Shown piece by piece: positions 8,825-18,856 of a DNA stretch of 64,000 nucleotides. Numbering within the stretch: position 1 is the first letter of the stretch; each line of letters begins with the position of its first letter. The DNA lies in assembly GCA_036759025.1 (NCBI GenBank), contig DAIOVL010000018.1, forward strand, positions 2,494 through 66,493, in the 5' to 3' direction. Origin of the DNA: Bacteroidales bacterium (GTDB taxonomy: Bacteria > Bacteroidota > Bacteroidia > Bacteroidales > VadinHA17). A model generated the notes under the pieces. That model was not told where the DNA came from and made no database searches. It saw nothing but the letters and a program-made list of their open reading frames with translations. The position numbers and the translations under genes were made by a program.

Positions 8825-10927
8825 GTGAAAAACATTTTTAAATTATTCATTATTATTGCTTTAGCTGCAATGACACTATCATCATGCAATAAAGGGCCCG
8901 CGATCGACAAGACGAATCCCTTTGCCACCGAATTCGATACTCCGTTCGGAGTTCCTCCCTTCGAAAAAATCCATGCCAGCCACTATATGCCGGCCTTCGA
9001 AGCAGGTATGGAACAGGGAAGAAGGGACATAAAAAAAATACTGTCCAACCGTGAGAAACCCGATTTCGAAAATACCATCGAAGCACTCGACCGCAGCGGG
9101 GAAATGCTTCAAAGGGTCTCTTCAGTCTTCTTCGGACAGGCAAGTGCAAACACAAGCGACTCGCTTCAGCAGATCGAAGTCGAGATATCACCCAGGCTTA
9201 CAGAATACGGTGATGAGATAAGACTTAACCCGGAACTTTTTGCCAGGATAAAATCAGTGTGGGAAAACCAGGCTGATTTCAATCTTAATGATGAACAGAA
9301 ATATATCCTCGATAACCTCTACAAAGAACTTGTAAGGAACGGAGCCAACCTGGATCCGGAAGACCAGGAGAAGCTGAAGAAGATAAACCAGAGACTCTCT
9401 CTCCTGACAGTAAAGTACGACCAGAACGTATTGCAGGAAACCAACGACTATAAACTTATCGTCGGAAAGGATGATCTTAAAGGTCTGCCCGAAACCGTAA
9501 TCACAGCTGCCGCCGATGCCGCCAAGGCAGCAGGACAGGAAGGCAAATGGCTGTTTTCAACACAGCGGCCAAGTATGTATCCTTTCATCACTTACTCTCC
9601 CGACAGGGATCTGAGGCGCACTCTATACAATGCTTACACCATGCGCGGAAACAATGGCAATGAATACGATAATAACGTGATTCTCGCAGAAATTGTAAAA
9701 CTCCGTGCCGAAAGAGCTGAACTGCTCGGTTATAAAACCCATGCCCATCTGGTTCTGGAGCCGAGAATGGCCAAAACCCCCGCAAACGTATTCAATCTTC
9801 TAAACGGCCTTTTCGAAAAAGCCAATGCTGTGGCACGTAAGGAAGTTGCAGAGATGCAGGCCATCATCAACCGTGAGGGAGGAAACTTCAAACTTGAACC
9901 TTCAGACTGGTGGTACTACGCCGAAAAACTCAGAAAGCAGAAATATAATCTGGACGACACCGAGCTGAGACCTTATTTCAAATTCGAGAACGTGAGGGAA
10001 GGAGTCTTTGCATGTGCTACAAAACTATGGGGAATTACATTCACGCCCATCGCCAACTGCCCGCTTCCACACCCCGAAGCCTCCGCTTTTGAGGTAAAGG
10101 AATCCGACGACACACATATTGGTGTCCTGTATACCGACTATTTCCCGCGTGCAAGCAAAAGGCAGGGAGCATGGTGCGGAACCTACAGAAGCCACAGGAT
10201 AGTAGATGGGAAGAGCATCAGACCGGTAGTCACGACGGTGGGTAACTTCACCAGGCCCACAGGCGACACTCCTTCATTGCTAAGCCTCGACGAGGTGGCA
10301 ACCATCTTCCACGAATTCGGTCATGCCCTAGATAATCTCTTCAACAGAAATTCCTATAACAGAACCTATGTAGCCTGGGATTTCGTTGAACTTCCTTCAC
10401 AGATAATGGAGCACTGGGCTCTGGAACCAGAAATGCTCAGTATCTATGCAAAACATTATCAGACAGGTGAGGTTATCCCTGAACACCTGGTCGACAAGAT
10501 AATAAACAGCGGATACTTTAACCAGGGTTTCGCCAACACCGAGGTTTATGCAGCTTCATTGCTCGACATGGCTTTTCATACACTCGAAGCACCAGCTGAG
10601 ATCGATATCCAGGATTTCGAAAAGGAGTTTACTGATAAATTAGGTCTTATCCCTGAAATTGTGCCGAGGTACAGGAGCACATATTTCACGCATATTACAG
10701 GTGGATACGATGCCGGATACTATGCATATACATGGGCTTCGGTTCTCGATAACGATGCTTTCGAGGCTTTTAAGGAGAAAGGTATATTCGACAGGGCAAC
10801 AGCTGAATCCTTCCGCCGTAATATTCTGGAGAAGAACGGGATCATGGAGCCTATGCAGATGTACGTCAATTTCCGTGGCCGCGAACCTGTTATAGAACCT
10901 TTGCTTAAAAATAAGGGATTGCTGTAA
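8825..10927 (+). CDS. dcp: M3-family peptidyl-dipeptidase Dcp (lipoprotein form)
   Basis: 700 aa. Zinc motif IFHEFGHALD. M3 C-terminal signature YRSTYFTHITGGYDAGYYAYTWA. Apparent GTG start gives the signal/lipobox MKNIFKLFIIIALAAMTLSSC. Confidence 0.9.
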   Translation: MKNIFKLFIIIALAAMTLSSCNKGPAIDKTNPFATEFDTPFGVPPFEKIHASHYMPAFEAGMEQGRRDIKKILSNREKPDFENTIEALDRSGEMLQRVSSVFFGQASANTSDSLQQIEVEISPRLTEYGDEIRLNPELFARIKSVWENQADFNLNDEQKYILDNLYKELVRNGANLDPEDQEKLKKINQRLSLLTVKYDQNVLQETNDYKLIVGKDDLKGLPETVITAAADAAKAAGQEGKWLFSTQRPSMYPFITYSPDRDLRRTLYNAYTMRGNNGNEYDNNVILAEIVKLRAERAELLGYKTHAHLVLEPRMAKTPANVFNLLNGLFEKANAVARKEVAEMQAIINREGGNFKLEPSDWWYYAEKLRKQKYNLDDTELRPYFKFENVREGVFACATKLWGITFTPIANCPLPHPEASAFEVKESDDTHIGVLYTDYFPRASKRQGAWCGTYRSHRIVDGKSIRPVVTTVGNFTRPTGDTPSLLSLDEVATIFHEFGHALDNLFNRNSYNRTYVAWDFVELPSQIMEHWALEPEMLSIYAKHYQTGEVIPEHLVDKIINSGYFNQGFANTEVYAASLLDMAFHTLEAPAEIDIQDFEKEFTDKLGLIPEIVPRYRSTYFTHITGGYDAGYYAYTWASVLDNDAFEAFKEKGIFDRATAESFRRNILEKNGIMEPMQMYVNFRGREPVIEPLLKNKGLL

Positions 10928-10930
10928 AAA

Positions 10931-12169
10931 TTACATAAAAGCACCCTCTGCCTCTTCAAGCGAAATACCGAGAGCTTGAAGGGCAACCTTGTTAAGCAGG
11001 TCCTTTTTGCCTGTGATGTGAAGTGTAAACTGTCTATGAGTCATCACTTCTCCGGGTTTCAGTGCTGCGGCAGGAGAGGAACTCTCAAGCTCGTAGAAGG
11101 GTCCCATCTGTGAACCGTCTTCCAGGGGACCGTCGTTGTATGAGTTGAGCGCATCGCCGGAATATGGTTCTTCCTGTAACTCCCATGCAGAGTTTACATA
11201 ATCCTTGACTCCTTCAGGCAATCTGCATATCAGAAGTGTCAGGATATTGTTTGCAGAGTCGTAGCTTCCCATAATTCCTGTGGCCCTCAGCGGCGGGATC
11301 CCGATCTTGCCCCGGCTCTTTCCGTCGGCCCTGAAAAATATGTGGCTATCGGTGACCTTCAGCCTGTCGCCGGCAATACTGCCGAAGTAACTATCGTTTA
11401 CCGGAGGTCCCATGATTCGCGCATCACCCTGATTATAGGGTATTACAACCACCACTGATGGTGAAGGAATAAACATTCCCAGCATCCATACCGAAAGAAG
11501 CCCCCCATCCCTTGTCCACGCACTTTCTCCGGTGTTTATCAGCCTGTTGACCGAACGGTATGCCACACTGCTGAGACCCGTCAGGTCAAGCCCTGTCTCG
11601 CTGATAATGCCATTCCTGGTCAGTAGTGTCACCTCTCTTTCAATCCTGAAGGTCAGACGGGTGCCACTGTAGTTTTCTGTTTCGGTTTCGTGAGAAAACA
11701 AAGCCGAAGTGTCGGTTCTCGCTGATACTTCAAATGGTTTGGTGTCGAGAAAATCAGGAGTCTGCCAGTTATCATAGATGAATTCTTCTCCTTTTTTGAA
11801 GAATATTGAAAACTGTCCTCCTTCCGGTCCGAGCCATAACCTTTCCTCCCCTCCAAATGCGTTGATATGAGGCTGAATCTCTCCGGAAGCAATGAGCCTG
11901 TGGTTTATCCACCCGTAGCTGAAGCCCGCATCCCCCTCCGCAGTACTTGTCATCACCCGTCCCTGCCATGAGGGAACAAGTGTAACAGCTGAATTACCCC
12001 GTTTCAGTTCGATGATCGCGACATGTTCGCTGAGAAAATCGCGATCGTATCCGTAAGAACCTGATTTGTTATTCGTCATGGATTCATGTTTTTGATTTTC
12101 CTTTTTGCCGCTTCCTGTGCATGAGATCAGGGAGACGAACAATATCAGCAACAAAGGTGTTGTTTTCAT
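10931..12169 (-). CDS. Conserved hypothetical lipoprotein, function unknown
   Basis: Lipobox LISC. The 412-aa ORF has no competing frame and I recognise no catalytic motif. My recollection that it belongs to a DUF family (DUF6786-like) is unverified. Confidence 0.7.
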   Translation of the reverse strand: MKTTPLLLILFVSLISCTGSGKKENQKHESMTNNKSGSYGYDRDFLSEHVAIIELKRGNSAVTLVPSWQGRVMTSTAEGDAGFSYGWINHRLIASGEIQPHINAFGGEERLWLGPEGGQFSIFFKKGEEFIYDNWQTPDFLDTKPFEVSARTDTSALFSHETETENYSGTRLTFRIEREVTLLTRNGIISETGLDLTGLSSVAYRSVNRLINTGESAWTRDGGLLSVWMLGMFIPSPSVVVVIPYNQGDARIMGPPVNDSYFGSIAGDRLKVTDSHIFFRADGKSRGKIGIPPLRATGIMGSYDSANNILTLLICRLPEGVKDYVNSAWELQEEPYSGDALNSYNDGPLEDGSQMGPFYELESSSPAAALKPGEVMTHRQFTLHITGKKDLLNKVALQALGISLEEAEGAFM

Positions 12170-12175
12170 CTTCTG

Positions 12176-13261
12176 CTACAATTGGTTATGAACAGTATTT
12201 TGCTTTGCCTTTCTGCCACGGATCAGGTAGCTGTACCTTCTCCACCCGGGTATTGCTGTAAGTGAAGTGAACCTGACCATTGCTCTCAGTGGCCTGAAAT
12301 ACATTACATAATGCATTATCAGGTACACAAGATATGCAGCTGCGATCATCAGTCCGATGTTTAGCAGCTCTGATAATCCTTTCCACCACCATACTGATGG
12401 TGCAAGACCTGTAAGTCCGATTATGGTCTTAGCAAGCCATCCGTATGCTGCCGATGCCAGGAAGATCATGCCTGTTGCCATGCCATGGGCAGTCTCAACA
12501 GCCTGCTTCGGACAAAGGTTCATACATCTCATACAGCTTTCACAGGTCATTTTCCAGTATGGGCGGCCCCTGACCATGGTGATCGATTCCGTAGGACATT
12601 CTTCTATACAAATACCACAGTTATTGCAATTATCGTTCGCAACAAAGGTCTTGGCAAGGAAGAATCGGCCGACAATGTAGTATGCCACGGCAACAGGTGA
12701 TAAAACCATGTCGACCGGCAGACTGTACAGTCCGCGGTAAATTTTCTTTCCTGACAGGATATCTGAGGCAAACTTCTTCACTTTCGGTTCCCAATGGGCG
12801 ATGATGGATTCTATAACTCTTGTTTTCAATCCAGGGTGGACAGATATCCAGTTCGACGGAAGATCGACCGGACGAAATCCGATACACCTGTATCCTTTAA
12901 GCCTGAGCATCAGTGCAGGGACGATGAGTGCCAGGCCTGAAATCCCGGGTGTGAATAATTTATACATTTTCATCCCTGCCCTGGTGTTCGCCAGGAAAAT
13001 TTCCCTTCCAGCACCACGTGGAAATCCTGCAATGAATTTCAGCATTATCGGTGCTGCGTTGAATCCGTGAGTGGGGTAAATAAAACCTGTCAGAGATCTT
13101 TCATCCGGTGCCGGCATGCTTATATTCTTCAATCTGTCGATTTGCCGGACTACTGTATTAAAGCCCCTTCTTTCAGCCTCTTCTGCTATCCAGTATGCTG
13201 TGAGACGGGCGTTGCCTGTGCCCGAGATATAATAAAGATACAAAGAGTCAGAATTTTTCAC
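12176..13261 (-). CDS. Membrane-anchored flavodoxin-like / 2x[4Fe-4S] ferredoxin protein (EFR1-like)
   Basis: Flavodoxin-like N-terminus LYYISGTGNARLTA. Two cluster motifs, CNNCGICIEECP and CESCMRCMNLCP. The C-terminus is hydrophobic with predicted TM helices. GTG start. Confidence 0.75.
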   Translation of the reverse strand: MKNSDSLYLYYISGTGNARLTAYWIAEEAERRGFNTVVRQIDRLKNISMPAPDERSLTGFIYPTHGFNAAPIMLKFIAGFPRGAGREIFLANTRAGMKMYKLFTPGISGLALIVPALMLRLKGYRCIGFRPVDLPSNWISVHPGLKTRVIESIIAHWEPKVKKFASDILSGKKIYRGLYSLPVDMVLSPVAVAYYIVGRFFLAKTFVANDNCNNCGICIEECPTESITMVRGRPYWKMTCESCMRCMNLCPKQAVETAHGMATGMIFLASAAYGWLAKTIIGLTGLAPSVWWWKGLSELLNIGLMIAAAYLVYLIMHYVMYFRPLRAMVRFTSLTAIPGWRRYSYLIRGRKAKQNTVHNQL

Positions 13262-13416
13262 CTTAATTATAATAAACAGATATGCCGGGAATGATGATCA
13301 TGATACTAAGATATTCATATTAGTCGTAAAATATACAATACCGTTATATTATGTCTCTGAGTGGATTAATTGTTTGCACTTTTTTTTCTGTTAACCCCAA
13401 ACCATTATAATCATAT

Positions 13417-13424
13417 TATTTTTG
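13417..13424 (+). promoter_or_regulatory. -7 promoter box for rlmN
   Basis: TATTTTTG is an exact TAnnTTTG, 16 nt upstream of the ATG at 13441. Confidence 0.45.
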
Positions 13425-13440
13425 TATCTCTGCACACGTA

Positions 13441-14472
13441 ATGGGAAAGATGAAACTTACAGGCATGAGCGCTGACGAGATCTCCGGTCTTATCGAGCCG
13501 GGCGGATTCACCCGCAGTCATGCCGTCAGAATATCCAACTCAATCTACAAGAAAGGTATCAGCGATCTTTCATTTTTTCCGGGAGTCCCCAGACACCTGA
13601 AGGAATATCTTCATGAGCGTTCAGAGTCAGGTATTTATGAACCTTTATCATCTTCAGCCTCTGCTGACAGCAGCATAAAATTCGTGTTCTCAAACAGCCG
13701 TAAGATGAAGTTTGAGACAGTGTTCATTCCTGAGAAAAAAAGAATAACAGTTTGTGTTTCAACACAATCGGGATGCCGTATGGGCTGTTCCTTCTGTGCA
13801 ACAGGCAGATACGGCTTTCACGGAAACCTTGATGCAGGCGATATTGTGAATCAGGTTATCGTTTGTCAGCGTGTAAAACCAATAACCCATGTGGTCTTCA
13901 TGGGAATGGGTGAGCCTCTCGATAACACTGAAAATGTTCTTAAAGCATGCCAATTACTTACTGCTGAGTGGGGCATGGCCATAAGCCCGAGGAGTATAAC
14001 CGTTTCTACTGTAGGCATCATTCCCGGTCTGATCCGCTTTCTCGAAGGATCGTCATGCAACCTCGTTGTAAGCCTCTTTTCACCCTTCCCTGCAGAGAGG
14101 GCGAAGATGGTCCCTGCCGAAAAAAAATACCCTGTGCAGGAGATAATCAGAATAATGGCCGGCTTCCCTTTAGTAAAGAAAAGAAGGTTTAGTATCGCCT
14201 ATGTGATGCTAAAAGGGATAAACGATACAAAGAAACACCTGGAGGAGATAATGAAAATCCTCAGTGGTACGGGTATAAGGGTTAATCTTCTTCCATACCA
14301 CAAACTGCCCGGAGATGAATATGTATCTTCCGGTACAGGGGTCATGGACCTTTTCAGGCACGAACTGATGAAATCGGGCATCTCTGCATCTGTGAGGCGT
14401 TCGAGAGGAGCAGATATATCTGCTGCCTGCGGACTTCTTGCTTCAGGCCTGAGCCGGGAGGAAGTCATCTGA
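13441..14472 (+). CDS. rlmN: Radical-SAM 23S rRNA/tRNA adenine-C2 methyltransferase RlmN
   Basis: CRMGCSFCATG radical-SAM cluster motif, MGMGEPLDN, and a C-terminal catalytic Cys (DISAACG). Confidence 0.9.
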   Translation: MGKMKLTGMSADEISGLIEPGGFTRSHAVRISNSIYKKGISDLSFFPGVPRHLKEYLHERSESGIYEPLSSSASADSSIKFVFSNSRKMKFETVFIPEKKRITVCVSTQSGCRMGCSFCATGRYGFHGNLDAGDIVNQVIVCQRVKPITHVVFMGMGEPLDNTENVLKACQLLTAEWGMAISPRSITVSTVGIIPGLIRFLEGSSCNLVVSLFSPFPAERAKMVPAEKKYPVQEIIRIMAGFPLVKKRRFSIAYVMLKGINDTKKHLEEIMKILSGTGIRVNLLPYHKLPGDEYVSSGTGVMDLFRHELMKSGISASVRRSRGADISAACGLLASGLSREEVI

Positions 14473-14633
14473 GATAATTTTCAGGTAAAACTTTTTTTAA
14501 ACACGGAGGCTTTCTATATTTATCGTGAAAATTTGTCGGGACAAAGCTTCTGATAGTTTAACAACAGCAAATATTTAATTACTCCTGAAAGCTTTTTCTA
14601 CTCATGTAAAGTACCAGGTATAAAACATTTATT

Positions 14634-16298
14634 ATGAAAAGGATCCTTTTTATTCTCCCCGTTTTCTTCCTTTTTTTCACCGGATGCGATAAAAGTCCTA
14701 AGGAAGGAACAGAAAGTGTCCCTGCCATCATACCGGCTCCCCTGTCATTGACTCCGGGCAAAGGACACTTCAGATTTACTGACAGAACCATGATCATTAT
14801 TCCTGCCGCCGACGGTGAAGCCCGACTTGCTGCAAGTCTTCTTGCCACACTCTCCGGCAATCCGACAGGAATAGTCCCGGAAATTGTTGAAGGAGATAAA
14901 CCGAAACGGGGATCGGTATTCATGGCATACGACCGGCAGATAGCAAATGCTGAGGGATATGTCCTGGATATCACTTCAAAACATATAAAGATCACTGCCG
15001 GAACGGCAGCAGGCTTTTTCTATGCAGTCCAGTCGCTCAGACAGCTTATGCCTCCCGCAGTTGAGGAGGCGAGCATTGTGGACGGATTGGAAATTTCCGT
15101 ACCCGCCTGCCTGATAACTGATGAGCCTGCATTCGGCTACCGGGGGATGCACCTCGACGTCGGACGTCACATGTTTCCCGTGGCCGCCATTAAGAAGTAT
15201 ATCGACATGCTGGCATTACATAAAATGAATACCTTCCACTGGCATCTGACAGAGGACCAGGGCTGGAGGATAGAGATAAAAAAATATCCCGCGCTGACAG
15301 AGACAGGAGCATACAGGAATGAAACTGTCATCGGTCATGCCGGAAGGCCACCGCTTAAATATGACGGCACCCGTTACGGAGGTTTTTACACGCAGGAAGA
15401 AGTTAAAGAAGTAGTTGCCTATGCAAAGGAAAGGTTCATAACCGTCATTCCTGAGATTGAAATGCCCGGACATGCCCTGGCGGCTCTTGCATCATATCCG
15501 GAATTGTCATGCACGGGCGGACCTTTTGAGGTAGGTGAAAAATGGGGAGTGTATGAAGATATATTCTGTGCCGGCAGGGAGGAAACATTCACATTCCTTC
15601 AGGATGTGCTCTCAGAGGTGATATCATTATTTCCGGGAACCTACATTCATATCGGCGGCGATGAAGCACCAAAGGCAAGATGGGAAAAATGCCGTCTTTG
15701 TCAGAAGAGGATAAGGGATGAAGGCCTTGCAGATGAACATGAACTGCAGAGTTATTTTATTCAGCGAATAGAAAAGTTTCTGCTGGCTAACGGAAAAAGA
15801 CTCATCGGATGGGATGAAATACTCGAAGGAGGTCTTGCTCCTGAAGCTACGGTAATGTCGTGGAGAGGTATCAAAGGCGGGATAGCTGCAGCAAAAGAGA
15901 AGCATGATGTAATAATGACTCCCAACAGCCATGTTTATCTCGATTATTACCAGGCTGAACCTGCCGGAGAACCGCTTGCAATAGGCGGTTACCTGCCTCT
16001 GGAAAAAGTTTATTCATTCAACCCCCTGCCTGCTGAACTTACGCCCGAAGAGCAGAAACATATCCTGGGAGTACAGGGTAATGTCTGGACAGAATACATA
16101 GCCACTCCGGAGCACATGGAATATATGGCTTTCCCGAGGGCTTTTGCCATCGCCGAGACCGGATGGACGCCTGACAGGCTGAAGGACTTTGAGGATTTTC
16201 TCGCCCGCCTGGAAGTACAGAAGAAGCGGTATGATGTATTGAATTTAAATTATTTCAGGGGAGAATACAGGAACACCAGGGCTGCGGGCTCTAAGTGA
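14634..16298 (+). CDS. Beta-N-acetylhexosaminidase (GH20), lipoprotein
   Basis: Lipobox FFTGC. GH20 motifs GMHLDVGRH, FHWHLTEDQGWR, HIGGDEAPK and WRG. Confidence 0.9.
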   Translation: MKRILFILPVFFLFFTGCDKSPKEGTESVPAIIPAPLSLTPGKGHFRFTDRTMIIIPAADGEARLAASLLATLSGNPTGIVPEIVEGDKPKRGSVFMAYDRQIANAEGYVLDITSKHIKITAGTAAGFFYAVQSLRQLMPPAVEEASIVDGLEISVPACLITDEPAFGYRGMHLDVGRHMFPVAAIKKYIDMLALHKMNTFHWHLTEDQGWRIEIKKYPALTETGAYRNETVIGHAGRPPLKYDGTRYGGFYTQEEVKEVVAYAKERFITVIPEIEMPGHALAALASYPELSCTGGPFEVGEKWGVYEDIFCAGREETFTFLQDVLSEVISLFPGTYIHIGGDEAPKARWEKCRLCQKRIRDEGLADEHELQSYFIQRIEKFLLANGKRLIGWDEILEGGLAPEATVMSWRGIKGGIAAAKEKHDVIMTPNSHVYLDYYQAEPAGEPLAIGGYLPLEKVYSFNPLPAELTPEEQKHILGVQGNVWTEYIATPEHMEYMAFPRAFAIAETGWTPDRLKDFEDFLARLEVQKKRYDVLNLNYFRGEYRNTRAAGSK

Positions 16299-16304
16299 TC
16301 AGTA

Positions 16305-16829
16305 TTAAATACCGGTGTTAACAAGCTGGAAGAGATGTTCATCCAGCCAGCCGTCGGCAGTGCGTATCCATTCCTTCTTTATGCCTGCCCTGACAAATCC
16401 GAGCTTGGTGAAGAGATCTATGCTTTCACAGTTGTTTGAGAGAATATTGCACCATACCTGGTGGAGCTGGAGTGTGTTGAAACAATATTTTATCAGACAT
16501 TTCAGTGCCATGGTGGCATATCCTTTCTTCCTTTCCTTTTCATCGGCTATCAGAATGCCCAGGCCAGCTCTTTTGTGAAATGGATCAAAGTCAAATATAT
16601 CTATGGTGCCAATGGTTTTTTTCACGGAAGCAAGGTCGATCATCAGACGTAACTGTCCGGTCTCATAGATATTCTTATGTGAATTCCTGATATATCTTTT
16701 CAGCGTGTATTTTGAAAACGGAACCACTGTATTGCTAATGATCCAGTAGGAATCATTGTTTTCCCATTCATAAAGCAATTCGAGATCCTCCGGCTCAATA
16801 GCCCTCAGGTTGATTTTGTCACATTTCAT
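16305..16829 (-). CDS. GNAT-family N-acetyltransferase (RimJ/SpeG-like)
   Basis: 174 aa. LRAIEPEDLELLYEWEN..., acetyl-CoA-binding core RKKGYATMALKCLIKYCF, ...LGFVRAG. Confidence 0.85.
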   Translation of the reverse strand: MKCDKINLRAIEPEDLELLYEWENNDSYWIISNTVVPFSKYTLKRYIRNSHKNIYETGQLRLMIDLASVKKTIGTIDIFDFDPFHKRAGLGILIADEKERKKGYATMALKCLIKYCFNTLQLHQVWCNILSNNCESIDLFTKLGFVRAGIKKEWIRTADGWLDEHLFQLVNTGI

Positions 16830-16873
16830 AAAAAGGCAGATATGGTTTTATTAATAGAAACCGGAGTCAGCTT

Positions 16874-18802
16874 TTACCTTGACACTTTTTTAACAAAAAT
16901 GTCATCGGGATAACCTTTCCGTTTCAGTTCCTGCAGCAGGGCTTCAGCTTCTTCCCTCGAGGCGAACCTTCCCGTCGTATACCTGTAGAACCTGTCGTTT
17001 TCGTTGTACATGACCTTCATGTCGTCGATGTGCTTAAAGTAGCTGATATCTACAGGATTATATAGAGCCATTACCTGAACGGTATAATATAATATATCGG
17101 AGTCGATCACATCATCAAGATTGCTGACGACCATATCTTTTATCAGAATGCTGCTGTCGATTGCTTCAACAAATGGTATGTCTTCGAGGTTGATCTTTTC
17201 GTAAACAGCTATGAGCGAAGAGTCTCTTTCCAGAACTGCATCAAGGCTTATTATCATCTCCGTGCTCTCTTCTGCAAGAAGTGTGTCAGTTGTCTTTGTG
17301 AAATATCCTCCGGCCGACCAGATAACCTGCATCTTTCCTGGTGGTACGGTAACGGAGTAATATCCGGTAGAAATCACCGGAGTGGTTTTTCCGGCTGTCT
17401 CTCCGGTGTTCAGGTCAACAACTTTTACCTGGTAGTCAGATCCTTCAGTAAGAGGCGCATCGTTGAGTCCGAAGCTGCCGATGATCTCCCAAGTGTTGTT
17501 TACATCTGCTCCATCCAGACCCAGGTAAAAAATATCTCTTTTCTTGTAATCGGTCTTCATCGAATAGAAGGCATTTATCCCGTTATTCAACGGTTTAAAG
17601 AACCTGTCATCGTCGGTGGTGTTGATGGGGTATCCAAGGTTCACGGGTTTTCCCCAGCCTTCTGCCGTTTTCAGGGAGCGGAAATTATCATAGCCTCCCA
17701 TATTGTTATGTCCTTCGGAAGAAAAATACAGTATTGAGTCGTTGGCAGTAATGAATGGATTCTCTTCATTGTACGGAGTATTGACAACCGGGCCGAGATT
17801 AACGGCAGGTCCCCATTCGCCCTGTGCATCTTTTTCGGAAATGTAAATGTCCAGACCACCTTCCCCGTCGTCGCGGTTACTTGTAAAGAAGAGTTTTTTG
17901 CCGTCGGCCGATACAGATGCATGCGACTCGTAAAATTTTGTATTTATATTTTTGTTCAGCCTCGTAATGGGTGTCCACTGGTCGTTGACATATTTCGAAA
18001 CGTAAATGTTGCCGTCGAACATATCAGTTTTGTAGAGGTACAATTCTGTACCGTCATAATTCAGGGCGCAGGTTGAGCAATCCTCACCGGCATTAAGTTG
18101 TCCGGTTATCTCAACAGGGTTCTGCCATTTTCCCCTGATTCTTCTTGAAAAAAGGATAACATTGACAAGTCCCCTGCGTTCGGTGTAAACAATTGTGTTG
18201 CCGTCGAAGCTGACAGCGGGATTTTCGTTCATGGCTCCCAGTGTAAAACCTTCGCCGAGGAGCTTCCTGGTAAGGGCAACAGGGTTTTCGACCTGCATGA
18301 TGGCATTGTTGCAGGCTTCTATCTGCTGGTTGACGAAATCGAGATTCTGCATTCCCTTTTTACCTGTTTCGGCTGCCAGGTTCTGGAAGGTTTTGAATGT
18401 GCTGAGGGCTTTTTCATAGTCGTTGTTGATCATGTAAGCCCTTGCAAGGTAAAACCATGCGTCGAGAGGTGCTCTTTTTTCCCTGAAGGAGCCGGGTTTG
18501 GCATCGTAGGCAGCATTTTTCACAGCTTCCTCCAGATAGGGAATGGCTTTTTCTTTTTCGTCGGGGATGTTAAGATAACAGGTCCCGATCTTATAGCTCA
18601 GGTTTAGGTTTTCGGGATTCTCAAGTAATATATAAAGCTGATTGGCAAGCTCGTATTCTTCATAAAGATAGTATGACTCAGCCTGGGCAAAGATCTCTTT
18701 CATCTCCCTGGCCGACTGTCCCGAAGCACTCAGGGTTAAGATCATGAAGACTGCAATCTGAAGCAGCTGCCTGAAAATTTTCCCTCCGAAATTATTCATC
18801 AT
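16874..18802 (-). CDS. Periplasmic TPR + PD40 (TolB-like beta-propeller) protein with a C-terminal SPOR-like peptidoglycan-binding domain
   Basis: Signal peptide ...LSASGQS. TPR-like N-terminus (FYLARAYMINNDYEKALSTF). PD40 repeats (SADGKKLFFTSNRDDGEGGLDIYIS; NDSILYFSSEGHNNMGGYDNF). The C-terminus YYTVQVMALYNPV...YRYTTGRFASREEAEALLQELKRKGYPDDIFV fits the SPOR pattern. Confidence 0.8.
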   Translation of the reverse strand: MMNNFGGKIFRQLLQIAVFMILTLSASGQSAREMKEIFAQAESYYLYEEYELANQLYILLENPENLNLSYKIGTCYLNIPDEKEKAIPYLEEAVKNAAYDAKPGSFREKRAPLDAWFYLARAYMINNDYEKALSTFKTFQNLAAETGKKGMQNLDFVNQQIEACNNAIMQVENPVALTRKLLGEGFTLGAMNENPAVSFDGNTIVYTERRGLVNVILFSRRIRGKWQNPVEITGQLNAGEDCSTCALNYDGTELYLYKTDMFDGNIYVSKYVNDQWTPITRLNKNINTKFYESHASVSADGKKLFFTSNRDDGEGGLDIYISEKDAQGEWGPAVNLGPVVNTPYNEENPFITANDSILYFSSEGHNNMGGYDNFRSLKTAEGWGKPVNLGYPINTTDDDRFFKPLNNGINAFYSMKTDYKKRDIFYLGLDGADVNNTWEIIGSFGLNDAPLTEGSDYQVKVVDLNTGETAGKTTPVISTGYYSVTVPPGKMQVIWSAGGYFTKTTDTLLAEESTEMIISLDAVLERDSSLIAVYEKINLEDIPFVEAIDSSILIKDMVVSNLDDVIDSDILYYTVQVMALYNPVDISYFKHIDDMKVMYNENDRFYRYTTGRFASREEAEALLQELKRKGYPDDIFVKKVSR

Positions 18803-18856
18803 AACAAATGTAATAAATTGTATAAATCCACTAAGGGAGGAACTATATATTAATTA

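Noticed and set aside
14579-14995. 138-aa minus-strand ORF overlapping the hexosaminidase start
   Set aside because: It is antisense to a well-supported GH20 gene and has no motifs.
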